Origin: Polyangiales bacterium
GTDB taxonomy: Bacteria; Myxococcota_A; Polyangia; Polyangiales; Polyangiaceae
Assembly (NCBI GenBank): GCA_038231275.1
Contig: JBBRLQ010000002.1
Span: 256,001 to 320,000 of the forward strand
DNA: 64,000 bases
Reading direction: 5' to 3'
Part shown: one piece after another, positions 46,853-57,700 of the stretch
Position numbering within the stretch: position 1 is the first letter of the stretch
Layout of the letters: the number at the start of each line of letters is the position of its first letter
Notes under the pieces: generated by a model
What the model was told of the DNA's origin: nothing
Seen by the model: the letters and a program-made list of their open reading frames with translations, nothing else
Database searches by the model: none
Program-made: the position numbers and the translations under genes

Positions 46853-49068
46853 CGATGCGACGGGGGGCATCGAGTAGAGAGGCTTCGATCGCGGCGGCCT
46901 CTGCGGTGTTCGTCGCCGTCGCCGCGCTCACAGGTAGCGCCCACGCAGAGCCTGTTCCCGCGCCTCCCGTCGCCATCGTCGCCACGCCGATGTTCGGGGC
47001 AGACGCGACGAGTGGCACCGGGTGGTGCGACGTGGTCGCGCGTATCGAGAACCTGAGCGTGACGCCCCAAAAGGGGAGCATCGAGCTGCTCGGCGCGGCG
47101 GCGTATGGCGGCGGCGACAAGTTCACAGCGCGCGCGCCGTTCAACGTCCCGGTCGGCAAGAGCGCGGTCGTCCGCCTTCCGATCCACGGCTCGACCTACT
47201 ACGCGCCTTCGCTCACCGTCACGGCGTCGGACGACAAGGGGCAAAAGCTCGCCGCCGTGAACCTGTCCATCAACAGCACACCGGCGCCTCTGCTCGTCGA
47301 CGTCGATCAGCCCTCGCGGCTCTCGGTGGTGATGCGCGCGTGGCCGATGTCCCTCTCGTGGAGCGGCGTCGGCTCGGCGATGTATGGCCTCCCGGGCGGC
47401 GGCACCGCCTCGCCGCTCAGCGTCGGCGTTCCCGCCTTCGACCGAACGACCGGCGATCCGATCCTCCCCGAGCACGCGGCGGGCTATTCGGCGGCGACGG
47501 CGGTGCTCGTTCACAGCGACGTCCTCGCGCGCCTCGACTCGACGTCGCTCGACGCGCTCGTCAATTGGGTGCTCTCGGGCGGGACGCTCGCGGTGATCCC
47601 GAATCGGCCCGAGGATCTGCGCGGGTCGGTCCTCTCGGCCTTGGTCGGCGGCGTGGTGTCGACCGCGGCGGCGCCGAGCCACCTCGTCAAGCTGCCCGGC
47701 GTCATGCGCCCCTCGTCGGCGCCGGGGATGTCGCCGTTCGGTTGGAACGATGCCGATCAGGATCCGCAGCCGCCGCTGGTGAAGCCACCTCTGCCAGTCC
47801 CGATGATCTTCGAGCCCGACGGGCAAAAGGGCGTCACGCTCGTCCCCATTTGGACGCCCGTGGTGCGCATCGGGCCCGCCGCGAACGTGAAGGACAACCT
47901 GACCGGCTACGCGGGCGGTAACCTTCATCCCAGCGATCTCGGCGCGAGCGCCGCGTACGGCCTCGGTGAGGTCCACCTGCTCGCGTTCGACCCCACCGCC
48001 GCCCCGATGCTCGACGATCCGTGGGTGCACGCTCGCCTCCTCGAGATGGTGACGCGCGCGTGGGATCGGCACGCGCTGTCGGCCTTTCCGCACGGGACCG
48101 GCGATCGCAACGACGACCGGCTCGACGAGGTCCGCCGCGCGCTCGACCCAAACGAAAATTTTCGACCGGGTCTCGGCATCTCCGCCATCCTTCTCGTCCT
48201 CTATTCCATCTTCGCGGGGCCTGTGACCTTCCTGCGCGCCGCCAAGAAGGGACGGCCGCTGCGACCTTTGGTGTGGGCCCCGTTGCTCAGCGCCGGCGCG
48301 TTCGGCGCGATTGTGGTCGTCGGCCTCGCCGGAAAGGGCTGGCGTGGCCGCGCGCGACATTTATCGCTCGTGGAGACAGGCGCCGGCGTGACGCGCGGGG
48401 CGGTGCGGCGCTACCGCGGGTTCTTCGCCAGCGAGACCAAGTCGCTGTCGGTGCTCGCCACCGATCGCTCCTGCGTCCTCGACGTCGCGATCGGGGACTC
48501 CCGCTCGCACGAGAACGCCGTCCTGCGCGTCGATCGCAACGGCGCGGCGCTCGAGAACCTCACGAGCCTGCCGTGGCAGACCGTCGTAGTCCGCGAGGAC
48601 GGGTTCACCGATTGGAAAGGCGCCATCTCCGTCATCGGCAACGCCGACACGACGGTCGACGTCGTGAACCACACCGGTCGCAAGCTGGTCGACGTCCTCG
48701 TCTGGGCGCCGGGGCGTGACCTCGTGTGGTTCGCCTCGCTCGAGGACGGCGGACGCGTTCGGTCCTCGGCCGGCAAGCACGTGCTCGGGGCGAGCGGGCG
48801 GCGTCGATCGACCGCGGGCACGCGCAGCGTCCACCCGCTCCAGGCCCACGATCTCGGCCTGGCGATCACGGGAAAGTACAACGACAAAGTCGCTGCCACC
48901 TGGGGGACGTTCGAGGCCGCCGCCGGCGAGAGCGTGGACTGGTGGCCCGACGACACGCCCGTCGTGATGGGCGAGATGCTCGTCGAAAAGGCCGGCAGCG
49001 ACTCCGGCCTCTCGCTCGAGAACGACCGCGTGATGTTCCGCGTCGTGGGAACGGGAGGCACGCCGTGA
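46849..49068 (+). CDS. Exported/membrane protein with possible GATase-like domain
   Basis: Signal peptide AHA; ALVNWVLSGGTL and YGLGEV segments; two TMs (LLVLYSIFAGPV, WAPLLSAGAFG). Confidence 0.75.
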   Translation: MTMRRGASSREASIAAASAVFVAVAALTGSAHAEPVPAPPVAIVATPMFGADATSGTGWCDVVARIENLSVTPQKGSIELLGAAAYGGGDKFTARAPFNVPVGKSAVVRLPIHGSTYYAPSLTVTASDDKGQKLAAVNLSINSTPAPLLVDVDQPSRLSVVMRAWPMSLSWSGVGSAMYGLPGGGTASPLSVGVPAFDRTTGDPILPEHAAGYSAATAVLVHSDVLARLDSTSLDALVNWVLSGGTLAVIPNRPEDLRGSVLSALVGGVVSTAAAPSHLVKLPGVMRPSSAPGMSPFGWNDADQDPQPPLVKPPLPVPMIFEPDGQKGVTLVPIWTPVVRIGPAANVKDNLTGYAGGNLHPSDLGASAAYGLGEVHLLAFDPTAAPMLDDPWVHARLLEMVTRAWDRHALSAFPHGTGDRNDDRLDEVRRALDPNENFRPGLGISAILLVLYSIFAGPVTFLRAAKKGRPLRPLVWAPLLSAGAFGAIVVVGLAGKGWRGRARHLSLVETGAGVTRGAVRRYRGFFASETKSLSVLATDRSCVLDVAIGDSRSHENAVLRVDRNGAALENLTSLPWQTVVVREDGFTDWKGAISVIGNADTTVDVVNHTGRKLVDVLVWAPGRDLVWFASLEDGGRVRSSAGKHVLGASGRRRSTAGTRSVHPLQAHDLGLAITGKYNDKVAATWGTFEAAAGESVDWWPDDTPVVMGEMLVEKAGSDSGLSLENDRVMFRVVGTGGTP

Positions 49069-50207
49069 CGCAAGGTGTCCCGCAAGCTCCGCTCTCCGCG
49101 GGCGCAACGCAGCCGGTCTCGGCGGTGGCAGCTCCGCCGGCGATCCGCGTCCGCCACCTCTGGCATCGGTTCGGTCGATTCGACGTCCTGCGCGACGTGT
49201 CGTTCGACGTCCACGCGGGCGAAATCTTCGGCTTCATCGGCCCCAACGGCGCCGGCAAGACGACGACGATCCGCGTGATGGCGACGCTCCTCGAGCCGAT
49301 GGCGGGGCGCGTGGAGGTCGACGGCCTCGACGTGACGATCGATCCGGCGAGCGTGCGCAAGATCATCGGGTACATGCCCGATCACGCCGGAGTCTACGAG
49401 CGCGTCACCGTGCGCGAGTACCTGGAGTTCTTCGCCGACGCGTACCGCGTGCCCACCGCGGGGACGACGTACGCCGTCGTCGACGCCGTGATGGAGCTCA
49501 CCGATCTGACGAAGCTCCGCGAGAAGCTCGTCGTCACGATGAGCAAGGGCATGAAGCAGCGCCTCCAGCTTGCGCGAACGCTCCTGCACGACCCGAAGGT
49601 GCTCATTCTCGACGAGCCGGCGAGCGATCTCGACCCGCGCGCGCGCATCGAAATTCGCGATTTGCTCGTCGAGCTCCGCGCCATGGGAAAGACGATCTTC
49701 TTGTCGTCGCACATCCTGACGGAGCTCGCCGACGTGTGCACGAGCGTCGCGATCCTGGAGCGCGGGCGGCTCGTCGTCGCCGGTCCGATCCACGACATCG
49801 CGCGGCGCCTCGAGCTCGCGGCGGCGCAGCCTGCGGTTCCCGCGCAGCCGCCTTACGCCGGTCCGCCGCAGCCGCAAGGGCCCGGCAATCCGTTCGCGCC
49901 GCCGACGCAGCAGGCGTACGCCGCGCCGACGCCACAAATGATCCCGGTCCCCAAGCGACGCGCCAAGCTGAAGGTGCTCGGCCCGCACGAGGTCGTCGCT
50001 GCCACGCTCCAAGTGCTGCCCAACGTGTCCAGCGTCGGTCCCGGTCCAGGCGGCACGGTCATCGTGACGTACATCGGCGACGATCAGTCGCTCGCCGGCG
50101 TCGTGCGCGCGCTCGTGATGAACGGCGTGCCGGTCGTCGGCGTCGAGCCGGAGCGCAACGAGCTCGAGCGGATCTTCCTCGAAGTGACGAAGGGAGAGGT
50201 CCAATGA
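49065..50207 (+). CDS. ABC-2 type transporter ATP-binding protein
   Basis: GPNGAGKTT; MSKGMKQR; LILDEPASDLDP; SSHIL; ends LERIFLEVT. Contains a Pro/Gln-rich insert. Confidence 0.93.
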   Translation: MTQGVPQAPLSAGATQPVSAVAAPPAIRVRHLWHRFGRFDVLRDVSFDVHAGEIFGFIGPNGAGKTTTIRVMATLLEPMAGRVEVDGLDVTIDPASVRKIIGYMPDHAGVYERVTVREYLEFFADAYRVPTAGTTYAVVDAVMELTDLTKLREKLVVTMSKGMKQRLQLARTLLHDPKVLILDEPASDLDPRARIEIRDLLVELRAMGKTIFLSSHILTELADVCTSVAILERGRLVVAGPIHDIARRLELAAAQPAVPAQPPYAGPPQPQGPGNPFAPPTQQAYAAPTPQMIPVPKRRAKLKVLGPHEVVAATLQVLPNVSSVGPGPGGTVIVTYIGDDQSLAGVVRALVMNGVPVVGVEPERNELERIFLEVTKGEVQ

Positions 50208-51895
50208 GCGCCGCCGCACCGCCCCACGTGACGCCGCCGATCGCCGCGAAGGAGGGCTTCTTCGCGCGCCTCCTCCGCGATCCCAACGCGATCTGGATGC
50301 GCGAAATGCGTCAGTCCGCCCGCCTCGGCCGCACGCCGTGGATCCTCTTCGCGCTCACGCTGTCGATCTCGCTGCTCATGTGCTCCATCGGTGGCATCGC
50401 GACCGCCGATCGCTCGAGCCCCGCGCAGCTCGGCGGCGGACTCTTCCAGGTGTTCTTCTCCATCGCATACCTCGTCGTGGTGATCGTCGGCCCCGCGGTG
50501 GCCGCGAACAGCATCGCGTCGGAGCGCGAAGGTCGGACGTGGGAGGCGGTGCTCTTGACGGGCCTCTCGCCCAAGGAGATCGCGCGCGGCAAATTCATGG
50601 CCGCGTACACGACGATCGCGCTCTACATCGTCGTGCTCGCGCCGGTGGGAGCGCTCTCGTTCCTCTTCGGCGGCGTCACGGCCGTCGAGGTCGTCGTGGC
50701 GTTCGCGTTCCTCTTCCTGGTCGCAGCGCTCGCGGTGGCGTTCGGTCTGGCGGTGAGCTCACTCATGTCGAGCTTGCGGGGCGCGATCGTCGTCACGCTC
50801 ATGCTCGCGATCTGCATCGGCCCCTTCCTCTATTCCGTCTTCGGCGTCGGCGCCTCGTTCGCGATCCACAAGATGTGGAGCGAGGTGCCGGACGGCTTCC
50901 CGATCTGGCTGCCCCTGGCGTACTCGCGGGCGACGCTCGGGATCGAGTACTTGCTCGTCCTCGGCCTCTTGCCCGTCCTCCTCGTGGTGGTGCCGGCGTG
51001 GTTCCTCTACGAGACGACGATCTCGAACCTCACCGGTGAGGCCGACGATCGCTCGACCGGGCTCAAGCGCTGGTACGCGATGACCGCCCCGCTCTTGGCG
51101 ATCGCGTGCGCGCTGCCGAGCCTCCTGTCGGACTCGGACTCCGACCGGCTCGGCTTCGCGCTGGTCGGCATGTGCGCCTTTTTCTGCCACGTTTGTTTCT
51201 GCGCGATGCTCTTCGCGTTCGAGCCGCCAGGTCCGTCGCGGCGCGTGCGGATCCACTGGGCGCGCACGAAGGTGAGCGCGCTTACGCGATTCTTCGGCCC
51301 CGGCCTCATCAAGACGAGCGTCCTCGTCATGTTCCTCGGCGTGGTCGGGCTCGTGGCGGTCGCGGTGGCCACGATGGCGGCGCTGGAAGCACTCGGCACC
51401 GGCTACGACAAGCAGACCAAGATCCTGCAAATTTTCCTGTTCACGGCATACGCGACGCCGTTCTTCGTCTTCGTCGTCGGCCTCCACGCGTGGCTGCGCG
51501 CGCGCGGCAGCTCGCCGTGGATCGCGCGCCTCATCGCGTGCGGCATCCTCTTCCTCATCGCGGCGGGGCCATGGGTGGTCGCGGCGATCGGCGGCGTCCT
51601 CGCCAAGAGCGACGAGCGCGATTGGCTGATCGTCGGCTCTCCGAGCCCGTTCTATGTGTTCGTCATGATCGCCGCGCTCGATCGCACGACGTACGAGCAC
51701 GCGCTCACGGTGCCGGCGGGCCTCGCGTGCGCGACCGGCTGGGGCGCGCTTGGCTTGGCGCTTCTCGCCGCGGCGGGTCGCCGGTGCACGAGGGTCGTCG
51801 CCCAGCACGACGCGGCGGTCGCACAAGCCGAGGCGGCGCTCGACGCCGAGGAGGCCGCAAAGGCCGCGGCTGTAGGGACCCTGCCGGCGTCATGA
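50204..51895 (+). CDS. ABC-2 type permease, extended multi-pass membrane protein
   Basis: NAIWMREMR; PAVAANSIASEREGRTWEAVLLT...IARGK; many TMs. Confidence 0.88.
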   Translation: MSAAAPPHVTPPIAAKEGFFARLLRDPNAIWMREMRQSARLGRTPWILFALTLSISLLMCSIGGIATADRSSPAQLGGGLFQVFFSIAYLVVVIVGPAVAANSIASEREGRTWEAVLLTGLSPKEIARGKFMAAYTTIALYIVVLAPVGALSFLFGGVTAVEVVVAFAFLFLVAALAVAFGLAVSSLMSSLRGAIVVTLMLAICIGPFLYSVFGVGASFAIHKMWSEVPDGFPIWLPLAYSRATLGIEYLLVLGLLPVLLVVVPAWFLYETTISNLTGEADDRSTGLKRWYAMTAPLLAIACALPSLLSDSDSDRLGFALVGMCAFFCHVCFCAMLFAFEPPGPSRRVRIHWARTKVSALTRFFGPGLIKTSVLVMFLGVVGLVAVAVATMAALEALGTGYDKQTKILQIFLFTAYATPFFVFVVGLHAWLRARGSSPWIARLIACGILFLIAAGPWVVAAIGGVLAKSDERDWLIVGSPSPFYVFVMIAALDRTTYEHALTVPAGLACATGWGALGLALLAAAGRRCTRVVAQHDAAVAQAEAALDAEEAAKAAAVGTLPAS

Positions 51896-52764
51896 CCGCG
51901 CTGCTCGAGCCGGCCTTCTTGCGCGAGCTCGAGGCGCTGAGGCGCCGGCTCCAGCTGCGCGCGCGATCGGGCGGCGGCGGTGAGCACGTCGGGAAAAGGC
52001 GCGGCGGCAGCGCGGAGTTCCTGGAGCACCGCGCGTACACCGCGGGTGACGATCTACGCCGTATGGACTGGCTGGCTTTCGCGCGCACCGGCGAGCCGGT
52101 CCTCAAGACGTTCCGCACCGAAGAGGACGTCGTGGTGCGCCTCGTCGTCGACGCGAGCGCGTCGTTGGACGCCGGGACACCGACCAAGCTCGACGCGGCG
52201 AAGCGCCTGGCCGCAGCGGTGGGGTACATGGCGCTCGCGGGCTCCGAGCGAACGCAGGTCCTCGCCGCGGGAGAAGGTCTGACGCGCACGTTCGATGCCG
52301 CGCGAGGAAAAGCCGCGCTGCCCAAGGTGCTGCGCGACCTCGAGACGCTGCAGCCGCGCGGCGGAACCGATCTCGCGCGGTCCATCGACGCCGTGCTCCA
52401 GCGCGCGCCACGACCCGGGATGCTCGTGGTCTTCAGCGATTTTCTCGACGCGGGGCCGTTCGATCAAGCGCTCGGGCGCGCGAAGGCGGCCGGGCACGAC
52501 GTGGCGATCGTCCAAATCTTGAGCGAGGAGGAGCTCCATCCGCCGTACGACGGCGACGTCGCGTTCGAGGACGCAGAGACGGGCGCGGTCGTCGAGGTCA
52601 CGCTCGACGCAGCGGCGCTCGCCGCCTACACGGAGCGACTCAACGGGCTCATCTACGCGCTCCGTGCGGTCGCCAAGCGACTCGGCGCGCCGTACATACG
52701 TGCTTCCAACGTCGAGCCGAGCCTCGCCGTCGTCCGGCGCCTCGTGAGCCGCGCGGTGGACTGA
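51892..52764 (+). CDS. DUF58 protein (VWA-like MoxR partner)
   Basis: GSAEFLEHRAYTAGDDLRRMDW; VDASASL; GGTDL; FSDFL; DAETG. Confidence 0.93.
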   Translation: MTALLEPAFLRELEALRRRLQLRARSGGGGEHVGKRRGGSAEFLEHRAYTAGDDLRRMDWLAFARTGEPVLKTFRTEEDVVVRLVVDASASLDAGTPTKLDAAKRLAAAVGYMALAGSERTQVLAAGEGLTRTFDAARGKAALPKVLRDLETLQPRGGTDLARSIDAVLQRAPRPGMLVVFSDFLDAGPFDQALGRAKAAGHDVAIVQILSEEELHPPYDGDVAFEDAETGAVVEVTLDAAALAAYTERLNGLIYALRAVAKRLGAPYIRASNVEPSLAVVRRLVSRAVD

Positions 52765-54719
52765 TGGGCGCGCTCGAGCTCTTGAACAAGCCTGGGTTGT
52801 GGCTGCTCGCGGGGCTCGGGCCGCTCGTGCTGCTCTACATCCTCAAGATCAAGCGCGAGCGCGTGCGCGTGCCGTCGACGTGGCTGTGGCAGGCCGCCAA
52901 GCGCGATCTGATGGCGAAGCACCCGTTCAAGCGGCTGATCGCCGAGCTCCCGTTGATCTTGCAGATCCTCGCGCTCGCGGCGCTGGCGTTCGCGCTCTCG
53001 CGGCCGGCGATGAGGGGCGGGCGCGTGCAAGGAGACCACGTCGCCATCGTCGTGGACACGAGCGCGTCGATGGGGACGCGGGTGGGCGAAGGGCCAGGGA
53101 CGCGCCTCGACGACGCCAAGGCGGCGGCCAAGGAGGTCGTCCTCGCGCTGGCGCCCGGCTCCGACGCGATCGTCATCGAGGCCGCTCGCGACGCGCGCCT
53201 CGTGACGCCGCTCGAGCGCGACGGGAAGCACCTGCGCGCCGCCGTCGAGCAGCTGGCTGCCCAAGACGTCGAAGGGGACCTCGGCGCCGCCGTCGCGCTC
53301 GCGGCCGATCGCCTGCGCGGTCTCGGAGGGACCAGGCGCATCGTGGTGCTGACCGACGGCGCGCTCGCGCGTTCGGCGCCCATCGCCGCGGCCGGAATTC
53401 CGACCGACGTTCGCACGGTGGGCGACGCGCAGGAGAACGCGGCGATCGTTCGAATGGACGTCCGCAGCGGCGTTGATCCGACGACGAAGCGTGAGCAAGC
53501 GCAGGTCTTCGTCATGCTCGAGAGCTTCGGCACGAAGCCGCGCGACCTCTTCGTCACCCTGGTCGTCGACGGCAAGACCGATCCGGTCGCATCTCGACGC
53601 GTGCTCGTAAAGCCCGGAGAGAAGGTGCCGGTCGTCCTCACGTTCGAGCCGAGTGCCATGGATCGCGGAGCCGGGCTTCTCGCGCAGCTCTCTCCCAAGG
53701 ACGCGCTCGCGGCGGACGACGTCGCGTACGGGCGTGTGCCCGCCGGTCAGCGCATGCCCGTGACGCTCGCCTCGCGCGCGCCGTACTCCTGGATGGCGCG
53801 CGCCCTCGACGCCGATCCGCAGGTGTCGCTCCAGCGCATCACCGTGGATCAGCTCGCGACCGTCAACGTCGATCCCGACGCGCTCGTGATCGTCGAGGGC
53901 GCGTGCCCTGCCGATGTCCCGGGTCACGACGTCGTGGTCGTGTCACCCCCCGAGGGCCGTTGCCTCGGGATCGACGTCGGCGCGGTGGTCGAGCAGCCGC
54001 AAGTCACGTCGTGGGAGGTGGGTGATCCGCGGCTTCGCTTCCTGACGATGGACGGCGTGCACGTCTCGCGCGCGCGTGGCCTCGCTGCACAAGGCGCCAC
54101 CGGCGCGCTCCTTCGTGCGGGGAAGACGACGCTGATGGCCGACGCATCGATCCCCGGGCGGAGCGCGACGATCCTCGGCTTCGACGTCGGCGACAGCGAT
54201 TGGCCGCTCAAGGCGTCCTTCGTCCTCTTCGCGCGAAACCTCGTCGAGCAGGCCCGAGTGCATCGGGCGCAAGGCGGCGCCGCGCCGGTGACGACCGGCG
54301 ATCCGCTCCGCGTGGCGGTGCCGGCAGGGGTGACGGCGGTGAAGGTCGAGGGGCCCGGAATGCCGGAGCGCGAGATCGCGGCGAAGGGCGGCTTCGCGAT
54401 CGTGCCGGCGGCGCCGCGCGCGGGACTCTACCGCGTGCGCTGGACCGCGCCGCGCGTCGGATCCGTGCTCATTCCCGCCAACTTGACGAGCGAGAAGGAG
54501 AGCGACGTCCGCGCGAAGCCGATCACGGTCGACGCGAGCGGCGGCGGCGGGGCGGCGATTCGCGCGCCGGAGCCGCACCGTGAGTGGGCGCCGTGGCTCG
54601 CGCTCTTCGCGGCGCTAGTGCTCGCGCTCGACGTCTGGTGGCTCACGCGTCGCGTGAAGGCGCCGTCGCCCGTCAAGGTCGGCGCAAAGATCGGCGCCAA
54701 GGCGGAGGCCAAGGCATGA
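52764..54719 (+). CDS. BatA N-terminal + VWA membrane protein
   Basis: PLVLLYILK...VPSTWLW...LQILAL..LAFALSRP; MIDAS DTSASM and LTDG; SDWPLKASF; ANL..EKESD; C-terminal TM. Confidence 0.9.
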   Translation: MGALELLNKPGLWLLAGLGPLVLLYILKIKRERVRVPSTWLWQAAKRDLMAKHPFKRLIAELPLILQILALAALAFALSRPAMRGGRVQGDHVAIVVDTSASMGTRVGEGPGTRLDDAKAAAKEVVLALAPGSDAIVIEAARDARLVTPLERDGKHLRAAVEQLAAQDVEGDLGAAVALAADRLRGLGGTRRIVVLTDGALARSAPIAAAGIPTDVRTVGDAQENAAIVRMDVRSGVDPTTKREQAQVFVMLESFGTKPRDLFVTLVVDGKTDPVASRRVLVKPGEKVPVVLTFEPSAMDRGAGLLAQLSPKDALAADDVAYGRVPAGQRMPVTLASRAPYSWMARALDADPQVSLQRITVDQLATVNVDPDALVIVEGACPADVPGHDVVVVSPPEGRCLGIDVGAVVEQPQVTSWEVGDPRLRFLTMDGVHVSRARGLAAQGATGALLRAGKTTLMADASIPGRSATILGFDVGDSDWPLKASFVLFARNLVEQARVHRAQGGAAPVTTGDPLRVAVPAGVTAVKVEGPGMPEREIAAKGGFAIVPAAPRAGLYRVRWTAPRVGSVLIPANLTSEKESDVRAKPITVDASGGGGAAIRAPEPHREWAPWLALFAALVLALDVWWLTRRVKAPSPVKVGAKIGAKAEAKA

Positions 54720-57700
54720 GCCTCCCGTCGTTGCCGGTTCTTCAGGGCCTGCCTCCCCTTCCGCGGCTCCTCTATCTCGCGGGTTCGATCGTCGCGCTCG
54801 TCGTGACGGTGGCGATGCTCGTCCGCGCGCGCCGTCGCGACGGGCTGGGCGTGGCCACCGTGGTCGTCGCGCTCGGAGGCCTCGCGCCGCTGCTTTATCA
54901 AGGGCTCGTCCACGCGGAGCTCCTGAAGGAGACGTACGTCCGCTTCGGCGAGCCGCGCGCGCTCCTCGTGACCGCGGCCGCGGGGGCGTGGCTCGCGTGG
55001 CGCTTCACGATGCTCCCCGCGCGAATGAGCCGCGCGCGGCGCGCGTCGGTCGTGGCGCTCGCGTCGTTCGGCGTCCTCGGCGCGACGCTCGCCGCCGCCG
55101 AGCCCGAGCTGGGTCGGCCGCTGGATCGCATGACGGTGATTGTCGCTATCGATCGATCACGGTCGATCGACATGGTGCCGGGCGCCGACGCGCGCATCCG
55201 CGCCGAGCTCAAGGTCGCCGAGCGAGGCATGCGCCCCGACGATCGGGTGGGCACCGTCGTCTTCGGTGCCGAGGCCGCGACCGAGGATCCGCCGCGTCCG
55301 CGCTCCGATCTGCCCCCCCCGCAGCGTATCGAGGTCGGGCGCGACGGGACCGATCTCGAGGCTGCGATTCGCCGCGCCCTCGCCGAGCTCCCCGCCGACA
55401 CCGCCGGCCGCGTCGTCCTCCTCACGGACGGCGTTCAGACCCGCGGCGACGCGCTCGCCGCCGCAGCCACCGCGGTCGCCGCCGACGTCGCGATCGACGT
55501 GGTGATGCTCGAGCAAAAGGTCGTCCCAGACGTGCGCGTCGTCTCCGTCCGCGCGCCGGCGCGCGCCGACGAAGGGGAAGCTCTCGATCTCCGCGTCGTG
55601 ACGAGCAGCGCGATCGCCACCGACGTCGAGGTGCGCGTGAAGCGCGACGGCGAGCTACTCCACTCCGCGCGCGCGAAGATCCAGGCGGGTGAGGACGTCC
55701 TCCGCGTGCGCGAGACCGCCGCGTCGCCGGGCCTCCATCGATACGACGTCGAGGTCACTGCGCTCGATGCCGCCGCCGACGGCGCGCCCGAGGACAACGC
55801 CGGCAGCGCGTTCGTGCGCGTGCATGGCCCATCGCTGGCGCTCGTGCTCGAGGGAGACACAGGAAAGGGCTCCTCCCTCGCGCGCGCGCTCCAGGCGAGC
55901 GGCTTCCTCACCGAAGAGAGGAGCACCACCGGCGTCCCCTCGGACGTCGGAGGCCTCGCGGGGTTCGATCTCGTCGTCCTGAGCGACGTACGCGCAAGCG
56001 ATCTCGCGCCCATCCAGATCGACGCCCTCGCGAGCTACACGCGCGACCTCGGCGGCGGCCTCATCCTCATGGGCGGCGATCGATCGATGGGCCCCGGCGG
56101 CTACGCGCGCACGCCGATCGAAGAGGTGAGCCCCGTCGGCTTCGATCTCAAGAAAGAGAAGAGGCGCGCTTCGCTCGCCGAGGTGATCGCGATCGACTAC
56201 TCCGGCTCGATGTCGGCGACGGTTGGCGGGCAGACCAAGCTCGCGCTCGCCAACGAGGCGGCCGCCCGCAGCGCGTCGCTCCTCGGCCCCGGCGATCGCC
56301 TGGGCATCGAGCACGTCGACGATCGCGTCGCGTGGACGATCCCGCTCGGGCCGGTCACCGATGCGACGGAGATCGGCAAGAAGGTGCGCGCGGTCGCGGT
56401 GGGAGGCGGCGGGATCTACACGGACATCGCGCTCAAGGCCGGGTACTCCGCGCTCGAGAAGGAGACGGTGAACCTGAAGCACCTGCTCCTCTTCGCCGAC
56501 GGCGCCGACGCCGAGCAGATCGCGGGCTGCCGCTTCCTCGTCGGCGAGGCGCTCAAGCGCGGCATCACGACGAGCGTGATCTCGCTCGGGCGCGGCAGCG
56601 ACACCCCCGAGCTCGAGGTGCTGTCGAAGCTCGGCGGAGGCCGATTCTACCTCATCGACGACGCCACCAAGCTGCCCGCGGTGTTCACGCAAGAGACGAT
56701 CCTCGCCGCGCGGAGCGCGATCCACGAGAACCCGTTCCGCGTGAGCCTCGGCGCGCCCGGTGAGCCGACGCGTGCCGTCGATTTCGCGAAGGCACCGGAG
56801 CTGAAGGGCTACGTCGTCGCGGTCGCCAAGCCGCGTGCGACGGTGCTGCTCGGCGGGCCGGAGGGCGATCCGGTGATGGCGACGTGGTCGGTCGGCATCG
56901 GGCGGAGCGCGGCGTTCACCAGCGACTTCAAGGATCGCTGGGGGGCCGGATGGCTCGCGTGGCCCGGCGCCGTGAAGCTGATGGGGCAACTGGGACGAGA
57001 CACCGCGCGGCGGAGCGACGATCCGCGCGTGCGCCTGGAGGCCGACGCGCAGGGCGGCGTACTGTCCGTTCGCGCGGACGTGGTCGGCGACGATGGGCGC
57101 GCGCAGACGTTCCGCCGGCTCACGGTGCATGTCGCCGGGCCGGACGGGTTCTCGCGCGACGTACCTCTCGAGGCGGTGGGCGCGGGGCGGTATGCGGCGA
57201 CTGTACCGCTGTCGCGCCCGGGAACCTACGTGGCAGCGGCGAAGGACGAGGTCACAGGGCAGGCCGTCGGGACGACCGGCGCGGTGCTCGGCGCCGGCGA
57301 GGAGCTGCGGCCGACCGGGAGCGATCGCGTGCTCCTCGCGCGCGTCGCGCAGATGACCGGCGGAAAGGTGAGAGACACGCTCGCTGGGATTTACGACGAG
57401 CGCGCGTCACGAAGGTTCGCGTACACCCCGATGGGGCCTCTCCTCGTGCTCGCCGCCGCGCTCGCCATGCTCGCGGGCGTCGCCGCGCGGCGCCTCGGGA
57501 CGCCCGCGTTCTTGAAGGCCGCGGCCGCGCGCGCCCGTGCCGCCGCGAGCGTCCCCGCGGAGCGGCGCGCGGTCCGGGACGCCGACGCCGCGCGCGCAAG
57601 GGAGAGGGCCGACGAGCAAGCTCGTACGAACGCGGCGCTTCTCGATCGAAAGCGCGCCGCTGCGCCGACGGCAGGTCACGCGGGGACGGGCCTGCTCGAT